From NCBI GenBank assembly GCA_965215505.1, contig OZ244065.1:5408001-5472000 (forward strand): 64,000 bases of DNA. The letters are read 5' to 3'. Below the pieces are notes generated by a model that saw only the letters and a list, made by a program, of their open reading frames with translations, was not told where the DNA came from and did not search any database. The position numbers were made by a program, and so were the translations under genes. This document shows, one piece after another, positions 55,245-64,000 of this stretch. This DNA is from Capsulimonadaceae bacterium. GTDB lineage: Bacteria > Armatimonadota > Armatimonadia > Armatimonadales > Capsulimonadaceae. How positions within the stretch are numbered: position 1 is the stretch's first letter; each line of letters begins with the position of its first letter.

Positions 55245-57347
55245 TCAGCCTCCCTTAACAGGGGAAGGTCGCCGCTCGCGGCGGGGAGAGGCCGCCCGCC
55301 TTTTATACGCTTCCCCCAAAACGCCCCGCGCGGCCTGCACCATCTCTGGGTAAGGCGTGTCGGTGACGGTCACGAAGCCGATGTTGTAGTTCTCGCCGTC
55401 CAGCGTCCGGCCCGTCAGCGGCTCGTCGGTATACTGGAACCAGTGCGCGCCGACGAAGGCGGGGTTGTCCGTGACCGAATGGATGTAGTCCCGGAACATC
55501 GCCGCCCGCGCTGCCTGATTGGGCGTCGAGACGAGGCCGGGGTGGAACAGGCCCCGGTCGAGCGCGCCGAAGTGGAACTCGCCGATGAGGCAGGGCTTGT
55601 TCAAAGCCCCGGTGAAGGCCCACGCCTTGGGGTCCAGGCGCGGGCGGTAAATATTGAAGGAGACGACGTCACAGACCTCGGCGCAGGCCCGGACGACCTC
55701 GGGCGTGTAGTTCGCCAGGCGGCAGCCGAGGTAGAGGTGGTTCGGGTCGTACTTCTTGAGCGTGTCGCGGACTGTCGTGAAGTAGCGCAAGGCGAAGGCG
55801 TGAACGAACTCCGCCATGTCGGCTTTCTGGGCGTCGTTGGGCCTCTGCGTGGCCTTGTACGGCGTGTTCAGATCATCCCAGCCTGCCAGCGCCGTCCCCC
55901 AGGCGGCGTTGAGCTTGCCGACCGTCCCATACTTGGCCGTGAGCTGTGCTTGGAACGCCTTCTTGGCAGGCTGGTCAGCGGGCGCGGCCAGTGCGCCGTA
56001 GGCCAGGCCGTAGCGTCCGCCTTCCACGCTGCCGCCGCTCCAGGACAGCTCGTTGTCCACGAAGTAGCCGAGGCACCAGGGGTCGGCTTTCAGCCGCGTG
56101 GCCTTGTCCCGGAACGAGGCGTCGCAGTCGGTCGCGAACTGCGGGTCGAAGGGGTCGTGCATCTTGCCCCAATAGTCCGAGCCGGAGGCGATCCGGGCGT
56201 GGTCGCCGCCGACGCCCAGCGTGCCGACGTAGGGGACGAGGTGGGCCGCGCCCAGCGCCTCGTCGGACCAGTTGCCGACCGTGTTGAAGCCCCAGGACTT
56301 CAGCCGGGCCAGCGTCGTCTTGCGCCAGGCGGCTTCATAGTCCGGCCCGTCTTTGCGATACAGGTTCGCCCGGTAGAAGTCGAACGTCTTGCCGGATTTG
56401 TAGGGGCCGTACAGGACGTGATCGGTCTGCCCGTAGAAGCGCGCCAATGGGTCCGCCGGCGCGGGGAGGTCGGTGAACAGGGCGGCGCGGGGGTTGACGA
56501 TGGTTTCGCCGCGCAGCTCCATCGTGTCAATGCCCCAGGAAAGGAACAGATGCCCGCCCGGCGTCACCAGCCACCAGCGGCCGTCACGCCTGGTGGTCGT
56601 GAAGTAGTAGGATCGCGGCAGGGTGGGGCCATCCGCCCATCCGCCCCAGACGTCGCGGCCCGGCAGGGTGGGCGCGGCGGCAAGCGCCCGTTCCTCGGCA
56701 CGGCGGCGCTTGCCGAACTCCGCTTCGGTGTGCAGCTTGCCCGGCCAGTCTGCCCGCGAATACTGGCCGAAGCGGTCCACGATGCCTTTGTAGAGATCGC
56801 CCGCCGGGACCGTCGGCAGCAGGCGCAGGCGGCTCAGGCGCAGCGTGACCGGCGCGGCGGGCTGGTGCAGGAAGATCTGGAACGTGGTGATGTGGCCCGC
56901 GTCCACCACGCCGCTGCCGCTCATGGCAGTCATCCCGGCGCGGCCCGGAGTGGGCGGACCGCCGTTCATGCCCATCGTCGCCTTCGAGTCGGGCGTTCCT
57001 AAATCCACGAAGAACGTGCCGGACTTGCCCGCGCCGAGGCTGGCCGACGCCGTGTGGCAGTGCTGAACGCCGTCCGCCTTCGGGTCGTCGTCGATGCGGA
57101 CGTTGAAGTCAACCACATCCGGGCCGGGGTTGGCGGCGTCAAAGGCCAGCGTCGCGTGACCGCGCCAGTCCCACGCCTGCCCGCTGCCCGCCGACCACGA
57201 CACATGAGGCCATTCGGTAGGCTGGAAGGCAACGCGGATGCCGTCTTTGGCGGGCGTCACGGCCGCGTTCACCCCGGCCGGCGGCCCGAAGGACTGCGCC
57301 TGTACGACGCCGACTAAGGACAGCAGAAGCACCAGCACACTTCTCAA
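55245..57347 (-). CDS. GH50 beta-agarase-like glycoside hydrolase, secreted
   Basis: WGFNTVGNWS, GYFVDNELSW, IGEFHFGALDRG, GAHWFQY...DGENYNIG. TTG start overlaps the upstream TGA. Confidence 0.9.
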   Translation of the reverse strand: MRSVLVLLLSLVGVVQAQSFGPPAGVNAAVTPAKDGIRVAFQPTEWPHVSWSAGSGQAWDWRGHATLAFDAANPGPDVVDFNVRIDDDPKADGVQHCHTASASLGAGKSGTFFVDLGTPDSKATMGMNGGPPTPGRAGMTAMSGSGVVDAGHITTFQIFLHQPAAPVTLRLSRLRLLPTVPAGDLYKGIVDRFGQYSRADWPGKLHTEAEFGKRRRAEERALAAAPTLPGRDVWGGWADGPTLPRSYYFTTTRRDGRWWLVTPGGHLFLSWGIDTMELRGETIVNPRAALFTDLPAPADPLARFYGQTDHVLYGPYKSGKTFDFYRANLYRKDGPDYEAAWRKTTLARLKSWGFNTVGNWSDEALGAAHLVPYVGTLGVGGDHARIASGSDYWGKMHDPFDPQFATDCDASFRDKATRLKADPWCLGYFVDNELSWSGGSVEGGRYGLAYGALAAPADQPAKKAFQAQLTAKYGTVGKLNAAWGTALAGWDDLNTPYKATQRPNDAQKADMAEFVHAFALRYFTTVRDTLKKYDPNHLYLGCRLANYTPEVVRACAEVCDVVSFNIYRPRLDPKAWAFTGALNKPCLIGEFHFGALDRGLFHPGLVSTPNQAARAAMFRDYIHSVTDNPAFVGAHWFQYTDEPLTGRTLDGENYNIGFVTVTDTPYPEMVQAARGVLGEAYKRRAASPRRERRPSPVKGG

Positions 57348-58948
57348 AACGGCGACGCCCCTTCCGGCCCTACCCAGGCGTAGCGCACTTCCTGTTCCCC
57401 GAAGCGCCACCGGCAGGGCAGCAGGGTCTCCTGCCAGTCCAGCGGCTCCCCTAACGGCTGCACTTCGGAGGCCAGCGCGAAGGCGGCGCGCAGGTCGCGC
57501 TCCTCGTCGGGGCCGAGGGCTTTCGGGTCGAGTGACACCAAAGTCATCGTCCCGCTGCGGGCCAGCAGGTCCAGCCACTGCCGGTTGAGGTCCCACGGGA
57601 CGGCCTTCGTGATCCCCACGCAGTCCGCGTCGGCGACGAAGAACGCGCCGTGCTGCGGGGCGCGGAAGGCGAGGCTGTTGACGCCCATCTTCCGGGTCCG
57701 CGCCCACTCCTGCCCGCTGGTGTCGTCGCCGATGCGGCTCATCTCGAACAGGCCTGCCGACAAGTGCCCGACCGTGTTGCAGCCAACGATGAGTGCGCCG
57801 CCAGCCGCCGCGCGGATCGTCCGGTACAGGTCCAAGATCACCTCGGCCGTCGTGCGCCCCTGCCCCTCGGCGAACGTCCAGCCGTCATCGGTCAGCGCCG
57901 CCCCCATCTCGAAGCCCCAGCGCCCGAAAATGTCATCCGTGGTGAAATCGTGTTTAATCAGCCCGTACCCCCATGCCGTCAGCCGGGCGATGTCGGCGGC
58001 GATCTTCTCGCGCACCTCGGGGACCGTCGGGTCGAGAAACTTCGGGTCACGGGACAGCCGCCACCCGGCAGGCGCATCCAGGGCAGCCGTCAGGGGCCGT
58101 ATCCAGAGGCCGGGCCGCGCCCCGATCCGCGTGATGTCGGCGGCCAGGCCCGCCATGTCCGGGAACTTCTCGTTGCCCCGGTCCCAGATGCCGCCGTCCG
58201 AGCCGCCAAAATTGTCGCCGGGATACCACCCCGCATCAACGACGGCGTAGGGCCGGTTCGCTCCGCCCGGCGACAGGTCAACGACGCGCTCGGCGTCCTC
58301 ACGGACCTGCATCGCCGAGATGTTGCCGTAGGCGTAATACCAATCGTTGTGGCCGTAGACCGGGTGGTCGGGGAGGCGCGGGACGGGACACATCTGCCGG
58401 CAGAAGGCGCGCAGGGCGGCGAACGGCGATTCGCCCTCCGCACCCGTCCGGCACAGCACCTCGCAGACGTCCAGGATGCGCGCCCCGAGCTGCACCCCGC
58501 GCCCGCCGCTCCGCACGTCCGCCCACAGGCTGACGCCCTCCGAGTCGGCCTGCCAGAAGCAGAACGCGTGCGGCAGGGTGCGGACGCCGTAGCCGTGTGT
58601 CCGCGTCCCGTCCCAGGCCGCCCAATACCAGGGCAGGATGCGGTCGGGCGTGACCCCGCGCCACTCCAGGTCGCCGTAGCCGCGCTCCCAGGCATCCCCG
58701 AGAATCAGGCGGACGCCGTCCGCCCGGCCGTGCCAGCGCAGCCGCAGGCGATTGACGGTGGACGTGGGGGCGGACAGCGTCACGCGCAGGCCGTCGTCAG
58801 CGGCGAGAGTCGTGACCTCAATGTCCGCGTCCTGCCACCGCCCATCAGGGGCGGCCCGGAGCGTCTGCTCCCCGGCCTCGGTGAACACGGTGATGCCGTC
58901 GGGCGCGCGGCGCAGGTCGTGGAAAGTGTCGGGGACGGGCTGTTTCAT
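57344..58948 (-). CDS. GH36-like alpha-galactosidase
   Basis: YGHNDWY, VDAGW, KFPDM, PGLWIRP, IKHDF, RIGDD. Confidence 0.8.
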   Translation of the reverse strand: MKQPVPDTFHDLRRAPDGITVFTEAGEQTLRAAPDGRWQDADIEVTTLAADDGLRVTLSAPTSTVNRLRLRWHGRADGVRLILGDAWERGYGDLEWRGVTPDRILPWYWAAWDGTRTHGYGVRTLPHAFCFWQADSEGVSLWADVRSGGRGVQLGARILDVCEVLCRTGAEGESPFAALRAFCRQMCPVPRLPDHPVYGHNDWYYAYGNISAMQVREDAERVVDLSPGGANRPYAVVDAGWYPGDNFGGSDGGIWDRGNEKFPDMAGLAADITRIGARPGLWIRPLTAALDAPAGWRLSRDPKFLDPTVPEVREKIAADIARLTAWGYGLIKHDFTTDDIFGRWGFEMGAALTDDGWTFAEGQGRTTAEVILDLYRTIRAAAGGALIVGCNTVGHLSAGLFEMSRIGDDTSGQEWARTRKMGVNSLAFRAPQHGAFFVADADCVGITKAVPWDLNRQWLDLLARSGTMTLVSLDPKALGPDEERDLRAAFALASEVQPLGEPLDWQETLLPCRWRFGEQEVRYAWVGPEGASPF

Positions 58949-59089
58949 GATGGCCCCATTGTATCACGTTCCTGGAAGAAGTCAAGGCCGGCGCGGGCGG
59001 GGCACGGGGCCGTACCCCCCAAACACGGAATCAGCGGCTCCTGGGACATAGGAGCCGCTGACTGCTGCTGATCGCCTCGGAGCTGATTT

Positions 59090-59314
59090 TCAATCCTGCG
59101 GCTCCTGCCAGTGCCGCTCCATCGCCTGCTCCCAGAATCCCAGCGAATCCGGCCCCGCCGGGGCCTCCTCCGCATCCCGCCGCGCCAGGGCCTCTGCCAC
59201 CAATGCGCTCAGATACTCCTCGACGCTCTCCCCGCGCGTCCGTGCCTGCCGCGCCGCCATCTTCTCCGACTCAGGTGGCAGTGTGACCGTGTAAGTCATG
59301 GGCGTTTGGCTCAT
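59090..59314 (-). CDS. Small ribbon-helix-helix/antitoxin-like protein
   Basis: YTVTLPPESEKMAARQARTRGESVEEYLSALVAEAL; ATGA overlap with the upstream gene. Confidence 0.6.
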   Translation of the reverse strand: MSQTPMTYTVTLPPESEKMAARQARTRGESVEEYLSALVAEALARRDAEEAPAGPDSLGFWEQAMERHWQEPQD

Positions 59315-61101
59315 CGGGCGGCCCCCGCGTCTGCTTTCGGCGTCAGACGCCAGACCGGGCCGCGCGGGCTGTGCCAGGCGGGGGCGAGGGTGTAAGGCGA
59401 CAGCAAGGCTTTGATGTCCGTCTGCGTCAGATGGTGGCGGGCGGCGAGTTCGGCCAGCGTGTGCGGGTTGTGGGCAGGACCCAGGTTCAGGCCGGCGGGG
59501 ATCAGCTCGTCCAGGGCGTAGACGGCGTGGCCCCCCGCCAGGGCGGCGGCGATCTGCGCCCGCGCCGAGGGGGGGGCGTCCGGCCCGGCGGGGCTTGCCG
59601 CAGTGAGCGCGGCGGCCTTGTCGTTGCGGGCCTTGGTCAGCAGCCCGTGCAGGGAGATGACCTGACGGTCGGCGAAGTAGGGCAGGGCGACCTCGCACGG
59701 CCCGCCGTCGCCCGCGCCGGCCACCAGGATGACGTCGCCCGGCTGCGTGTGCGCGCGGACATCGGCGGCGATGCGCCGGAACGGGTCGGAGTTCGGGGCG
59801 AGGTGCGGCAGGACGCTGGCCTGGGCGTTCAGCAGCCCGTACAGGACGATCCACGTCCCCAGCAGCCAGTTCGCCGCCAGGCCCCCGCGCCGTGCCCGGT
59901 AGTGGGCCAGGGCGAGGGCCAGCATGACGGCGGTGGGGACCAGCACGGGCACCCAGAAGACGAAGTAGCCGGGCGACCAGACCGTGAAGAAGGCGGCGTA
60001 GACGACGATCCACAGGACGCAGACGATCATCATGCGCCGGTTGTGCGAGCGCCAGAGCAGCGGCAGGGCGGCGAGGAAGGCGTAGGCCGCTCCCAGCCAG
60101 CCGAGCAGGGTGGCATAGTAGAGGGTCTTCAGGGCGACCGGGATGTGGCGGCCCACGCGCAGTGTCCCCTGCCGTCCGGGCAGGTCGGCGATGACGGCGT
60201 GGAGGAAAGCCTTGACGTCCAGGCCGAGGTTTGCGAGGATGTGGAAGTCCCACCACCAGCCAAGCTCGGCGTACTCGCTGGACCAGTGCCGGAAAGCGGC
60301 GACCGAATGCAGGTGCAGGGCCAGGACGCCGACGCCGAGGTACGGCAGCGCCGCCGCCGCGCCCCAGGCGGCGAGGTAGGCCAGGGCCATCCGCCGCCGG
60401 CGCATCTTCATGGCGGCGGGCAGCAGCAGAGGGTCCTCCTCGGCCAGCAGGACGCCCGCCAGACCCACAACGACGAACAATCCCGCGCTCTCGTGGAACA
60501 GGACCGCCCCGCCCGCCAGCGCGCCCACGGCGGCGGCCGAGCTGACCTGGGGACTCTGCATGGCCCGGCACAGGACGGCGAAGGCGCAGAGCATCAGGAA
60601 CACGCTCGGCATGTTCACCCGGCCGTCGGCGGCGCAGATCCAGTAGCCGAAGGAGAAGGCAAGGCCCAGCGAGATCAGCAGGGGCAGCCACCGCGACCGC
60701 TGCAAGAGCCGCCGCAGGGTCAGGTAGAACACCGCGACGCCGCCCGCCCCCAACGTCGCGTTCAGGCTTTGCAGCACGACCAGCGAGCCGCCCACATAGC
60801 CCAAAGCCTGCGCCGCCCGCCACAGGACATAGCCGAGGGCGTTAAAGAGCAGGTGGTGCGGGTGGAAGAGCCAGCGCGGGTCGCCGGTGCGCGGGTAGAG
60901 GTGCGCGACCTGGTTCGCGTAGGAGACGGCGTCGAACGTGTTCGCCTGGGTCCGCGTCGCCCAGTAGACGACCAGAGTGCTGAGGAACAGCAGGCCCGTC
61001 GGCAGCCAGAGCGTCCAGAGCGCGTGCGAAAGGGCGGAAGCGCGCGCCGCATCGTGCCGCGCCGCCGGGCGGCTGGAAGCCTGTTTCGCCTGTGTCGCCA
61101 T
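59311..61101 (-). CDS. Polytopic membrane glycosyltransferase (GT-C/PMT-like)
   Basis: TFDAVSY, HPHHLLF, many TM helices, LFHES. Confidence 0.7.
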   Translation of the reverse strand: MATQAKQASSRPAARHDAARASALSHALWTLWLPTGLLFLSTLVVYWATRTQANTFDAVSYANQVAHLYPRTGDPRWLFHPHHLLFNALGYVLWRAAQALGYVGGSLVVLQSLNATLGAGGVAVFYLTLRRLLQRSRWLPLLISLGLAFSFGYWICAADGRVNMPSVFLMLCAFAVLCRAMQSPQVSSAAAVGALAGGAVLFHESAGLFVVVGLAGVLLAEEDPLLLPAAMKMRRRRMALAYLAAWGAAAALPYLGVGVLALHLHSVAAFRHWSSEYAELGWWWDFHILANLGLDVKAFLHAVIADLPGRQGTLRVGRHIPVALKTLYYATLLGWLGAAYAFLAALPLLWRSHNRRMMIVCVLWIVVYAAFFTVWSPGYFVFWVPVLVPTAVMLALALAHYRARRGGLAANWLLGTWIVLYGLLNAQASVLPHLAPNSDPFRRIAADVRAHTQPGDVILVAGAGDGGPCEVALPYFADRQVISLHGLLTKARNDKAAALTAASPAGPDAPPSARAQIAAALAGGHAVYALDELIPAGLNLGPAHNPHTLAELAARHHLTQTDIKALLSPYTLAPAWHSPRGPVWRLTPKADAGAAR

Positions 61102-61134
61102 TGCCTGAACCCCCTGCCTTTAGCCCGTCCGGAC

Positions 61135-63063
61135 TCAGAGTGCGTGAACGACGAGGGAGGCCGGATACGCCGAGCCGTTCAGGAGAATCGTGCGGACCCG
61201 CACGGTCCGCGCCTCGCCCGCATCCAGCCGGATGCGCGTCAGCTCCCGCTCGCCCGGCGGTGGCAGGGGATCGAACTGGAGCAGCGGCTCGCCCGAGATC
61301 TGGAAGACGCCCGCCGCCAGGCCCGCCTCCGGGGCGAAGAACAGCCCGACCGTTTGCGCCTTCGCGGTGGGGTTGGTCAGGTGCAGGGTGACGAAATAGG
61401 AGACGCCGTAGTTCCCCCAGAGCGTCTGCGTCCCGGCGGCGTTTTTCAGCGATTCGGCGTTGCCGAGCCGGAGGTAGGCCCACAAGCCGCCGACGGCGTA
61501 AGCGCCCGCGAGCGAGACGCGCGGTGCCCCAAAGACGTAGGGGGAAACCTCGCGCACGGCCCCCGTCGCGAGCGGCGCGGCGGGGGCGGAAACGAGGCGC
61601 GCGTCGGCCCCGTCCGCCCCGGCCACCGTACTCGCCAGGTGGCTGGGCGACGAGACCAAAGCCTGTCGATCGCCGTCGGCCACCACGCTCAGGCTCAGGG
61701 CACCCGCCGGCCCGCTGATCTGCTGGAGCTGGACGATGCCGCTGACCGTCAGAAGGGGCGCGAAGCGCTGCACCAGGAGCGGGACTCGCGCGTGCGGCGG
61801 CACGTCCACGACGACGCCGGTGCCGCTATCCAGGGCCTGGAGGAAGGCGACGCCCGCCCGCCGCCCGATCTGGACGGTGTCCACTTCGGGGTCGGCGACG
61901 CCCTCCATGATGTGGACCGAGGTCTTCTGGTCGGAGGCGTTCACCAGGTCCGCGTGGAAGACCAGGGGGAGGCCGGTCTCGTTCTGGTGGTGGTAGTCCA
62001 GCCGGACCGCCCGGAAGGGCGACAGCGGCCCCGTGAACAGCGTCTGGGCCTGCTTGACCTGTTCCGGGTTGTTGGAGTAAAACGTCGTCTCGGCCCGCGC
62101 GGGCGCGAGCGGCTGGTTGACGACGGTGACGATGGGTGTGGCCTCGACCGGCAGCAGGTCCGGGCCGGCCACGCGCAGCACCAGCCGGCGCGTGACGGAC
62201 GCACCGGGGCGCAGGCTGCCCGCGGCGCGGGGCGTTTGAAGCAGGCGGAGCTGCGCGCCGTCGGCGGCGGTGAGTGCCTGTTCCAGACCCAAATAGAGGG
62301 CCGTCTGCACCAGCGCGGCGGGCGCGAAGGGCCGCCCGGTGACGCGCACGATCACGCTGGGCCGGACGAGCGCGGCGTACCGGCGGACCGAGACGGTCAG
62401 CGGCAGGGATGCCCCGTTGGCCTGCACCAGCAGCCGTGCCTCGCCCGCCTGCGCCCCGCGCAGGGTGATGCGCCGCGAGTGCGGCTCATAGGCCGCCGGG
62501 CTGACCAAGCTGTCGCCGCCGGTCAGCGTGATGTCGGCGGCCCCGGCCGCCCCGCCGACGAGGACCGTGCGGGTCGTGCCCAAGGGCAGCACAATCTGAC
62601 TCTGGGCAAGGGACAGGGGCGGCTCGCCCAGCCGCGTCTTCAGCGTCTTCGCCCAGGCACGCGCCAGGTGCCGGGCGGACTGACCCTCCGCAGACCCGTC
62701 GCGCGCGCTGACGAGGATGATTCGCGCGCCCCGCCCCTGGATCTCCCAGCCCGCGCGGCCGAGGGGGACCAGGGCGACCTGGGCGGGCGTCAGGCCCGCG
62801 TAGACCAGAGCGGTTAGGCGGTCCTTAATCGCCACCGCCCGCGCGGCAGGGGTCAAGCCGCCCGAGGCGCTCCGCAGGGTGGCGAGCGGCTGGTCATTGA
62901 CCGTCAGGCGGGCGACCTGACCTCGCCGTGTGGCCCAGGACTTGGCACCGATGCGCGCGTGGAAACCCGTCTGGGCTGCCGCGGGCGTGGGCGAAATCAG
63001 GCCCGCCGCCACGCACGCCCCGCCCAATGCCGCAGCGATGCGGGCTACTATCGCGTAGTGCAA
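61135..63063 (-). CDS. Secreted hypothetical protein
   Basis: GAGGAG RBS before TTG at 63063, signal peptide, YSNNPE and GNYGV blocks. Confidence 0.75.
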   Translation of the reverse strand: MHYAIVARIAAALGGACVAAGLISPTPAAAQTGFHARIGAKSWATRRGQVARLTVNDQPLATLRSASGGLTPAARAVAIKDRLTALVYAGLTPAQVALVPLGRAGWEIQGRGARIILVSARDGSAEGQSARHLARAWAKTLKTRLGEPPLSLAQSQIVLPLGTTRTVLVGGAAGAADITLTGGDSLVSPAAYEPHSRRITLRGAQAGEARLLVQANGASLPLTVSVRRYAALVRPSVIVRVTGRPFAPAALVQTALYLGLEQALTAADGAQLRLLQTPRAAGSLRPGASVTRRLVLRVAGPDLLPVEATPIVTVVNQPLAPARAETTFYSNNPEQVKQAQTLFTGPLSPFRAVRLDYHHQNETGLPLVFHADLVNASDQKTSVHIMEGVADPEVDTVQIGRRAGVAFLQALDSGTGVVVDVPPHARVPLLVQRFAPLLTVSGIVQLQQISGPAGALSLSVVADGDRQALVSSPSHLASTVAGADGADARLVSAPAAPLATGAVREVSPYVFGAPRVSLAGAYAVGGLWAYLRLGNAESLKNAAGTQTLWGNYGVSYFVTLHLTNPTAKAQTVGLFFAPEAGLAAGVFQISGEPLLQFDPLPPPGERELTRIRLDAGEARTVRVRTILLNGSAYPASLVVHAL

Positions 63064-63179
63064 AGAAGTCTCCTCAAGCCGGCCGCCCGCCTGGGGCAAG
63101 CGCGCCGACTTGGAATTATAGGCGTTCCGGGGGCCAAAAGTCAAGCCGAAACGCTCATGCGTAGGGTAGAATACCATCA

Positions 63180-64000
63180 ATGTCTACCCCGCAAGCCCCC
63201 CCGCCAGCCGACGCCGCGCCCGCAGAGATGCCCGCACACCGCCTCCGCCGGGCGCAGGAGCCGCCTCGTGCCGCCGTCCTCGGCGGCGGCCCGCTCGGCC
63301 TGGAGGCCGCACTCTATGCCTCCCGTCTGGGCCACTCCGTGTGGCTGTTCGAGCGCGAGGCCGAGATCGCGCCCGACGTGCGCGCCTGGGCACACGTCAG
63401 CATGTTCACCCCCTGGGCCGCGAACCGCAGCCCGCTGGGCGAGTTGCTTCTGCGCGAGGCCGTCCACAAGGAGAGGCTGGTGGTGCGGAAGTTCCCGCCG
63501 GGACGACTCTACCCCACCGGCGAGGAGTTCATCTCGCTCTATCTGGAGCCGCTCGCCCGGCTGCTCGGCGAGTCCGTCCTACGCGAAACGCGCGTGGTGG
63601 CCCTGGGACGCTCCTACCTCTTCCCCGAGGAGCATTCGGATGACCCGCAGAAGCGGGCCGCGCGCCGGTTCCGCCTGCTCACGCGCAGCCCACGCGAGGA
63701 GCGCATCTACACGTCCGACTACGTCATAGACGCGACGGGCGTGACGCACACGCCGCGCTGGCTCGGCGCGGGTGGCCTGCCCGCGCTGGGCGAGATGGGC
63801 GGCTACCACCAGATTTTTCACCACATCCCCGACGTCAAGGGCCGGGACCGCATCCACTTCCTGGGCAAGCGGACGCTGCTGGTCGGCGACGGCCCCTCGG
63901 CGGCGACGACTCTGGCCGACCTCCTGGAAGTCGCGGGCCTGGAGCCGCACGGGGAAGTGATCTGGGCCACCAAGTCTCGCGCGGAGATGCCGCTGCCGCT
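63180..64000 (+). CDS. FAD/NAD(P)-dependent oxidoreductase (flavin monooxygenase-like), runs off window end
   Basis: Manual translation from ATG 63180: VLGGGPLGLEAA, WAHVSMFTPW, YPTGEEF, VIDATG, LLVGDGPSA. Confidence 0.85.
   Translation, partial: MSTPQAPPPADAAPAEMPAHRLRRAQEPPRAAVLGGGPLGLEAALYASRLGHSVWLFEREAEIAPDVRAWAHVSMFTPWAANRSPLGELLLREAVHKERLVVRKFPPGRLYPTGEEFISLYLEPLARLLGESVLRETRVVALGRSYLFPEEHSDDPQKRAARRFRLLTRSPREERIYTSDYVIDATGVTHTPRWLGAGGLPALGEMGGYHQIFHHIPDVKGRDRIHFLGKRTLLVGDGPSAATTLADLLEVAGLEPHGEVIWATKSRAEMPLP

Noticed and set aside
59371-62817. 1148-aa plus-strand ORF (also 37044-39167 minus and 55083-57002 plus)
   Set aside because: Antisense shadows of well-supported genes; Arg/Gly/Ala-rich with no domain signatures.

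Overview
High-GC bacterial chromosomal window; the gene content is compatible with a soil Armatimonadota-like organism (inference). It has about 50 CDS and no rRNA, tRNA, CRISPR array or intact transposase. Most of it is carbohydrate catabolism (GH51, GH43, GH39, GH2, GH50, GH36, two divergent sugar ABC cassettes) and housekeeping genes (M42/S41/S53 peptidases, MsrA, PrmC-like, pxpBAC, KimA-like permease, PaoABC-like molybdoenzyme). Two accessory systems stand out. (1) At 2.1-6.2 kb, a three-enzyme operon encodes an asparagine-synthetase-like ATP-dependent ligase lacking the N-terminal Cys, an archaeosine RaSEA-like radical SAM enzyme and a PrnC-like flavin halogenase. (2) At 6.6-12.0 kb, a nucleotide-signalling locus encodes a TPR-SLOG-class III cyclase with non-canonical specificity residues, a stand-alone RyR domain, an output-less heme-c/HAMP sensor and a TIR protein behind a CRP-type box at -41.5, plus an EAL protein. 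An orphan Pycsar-type membrane effector lies 5 kb further on. Also present: a TetR/oxidoreductase cassette flanked by 158-bp direct repeats, GTAG REP doublets and two frameshifted genes. All family assignments come from motif recognition, not database searches.
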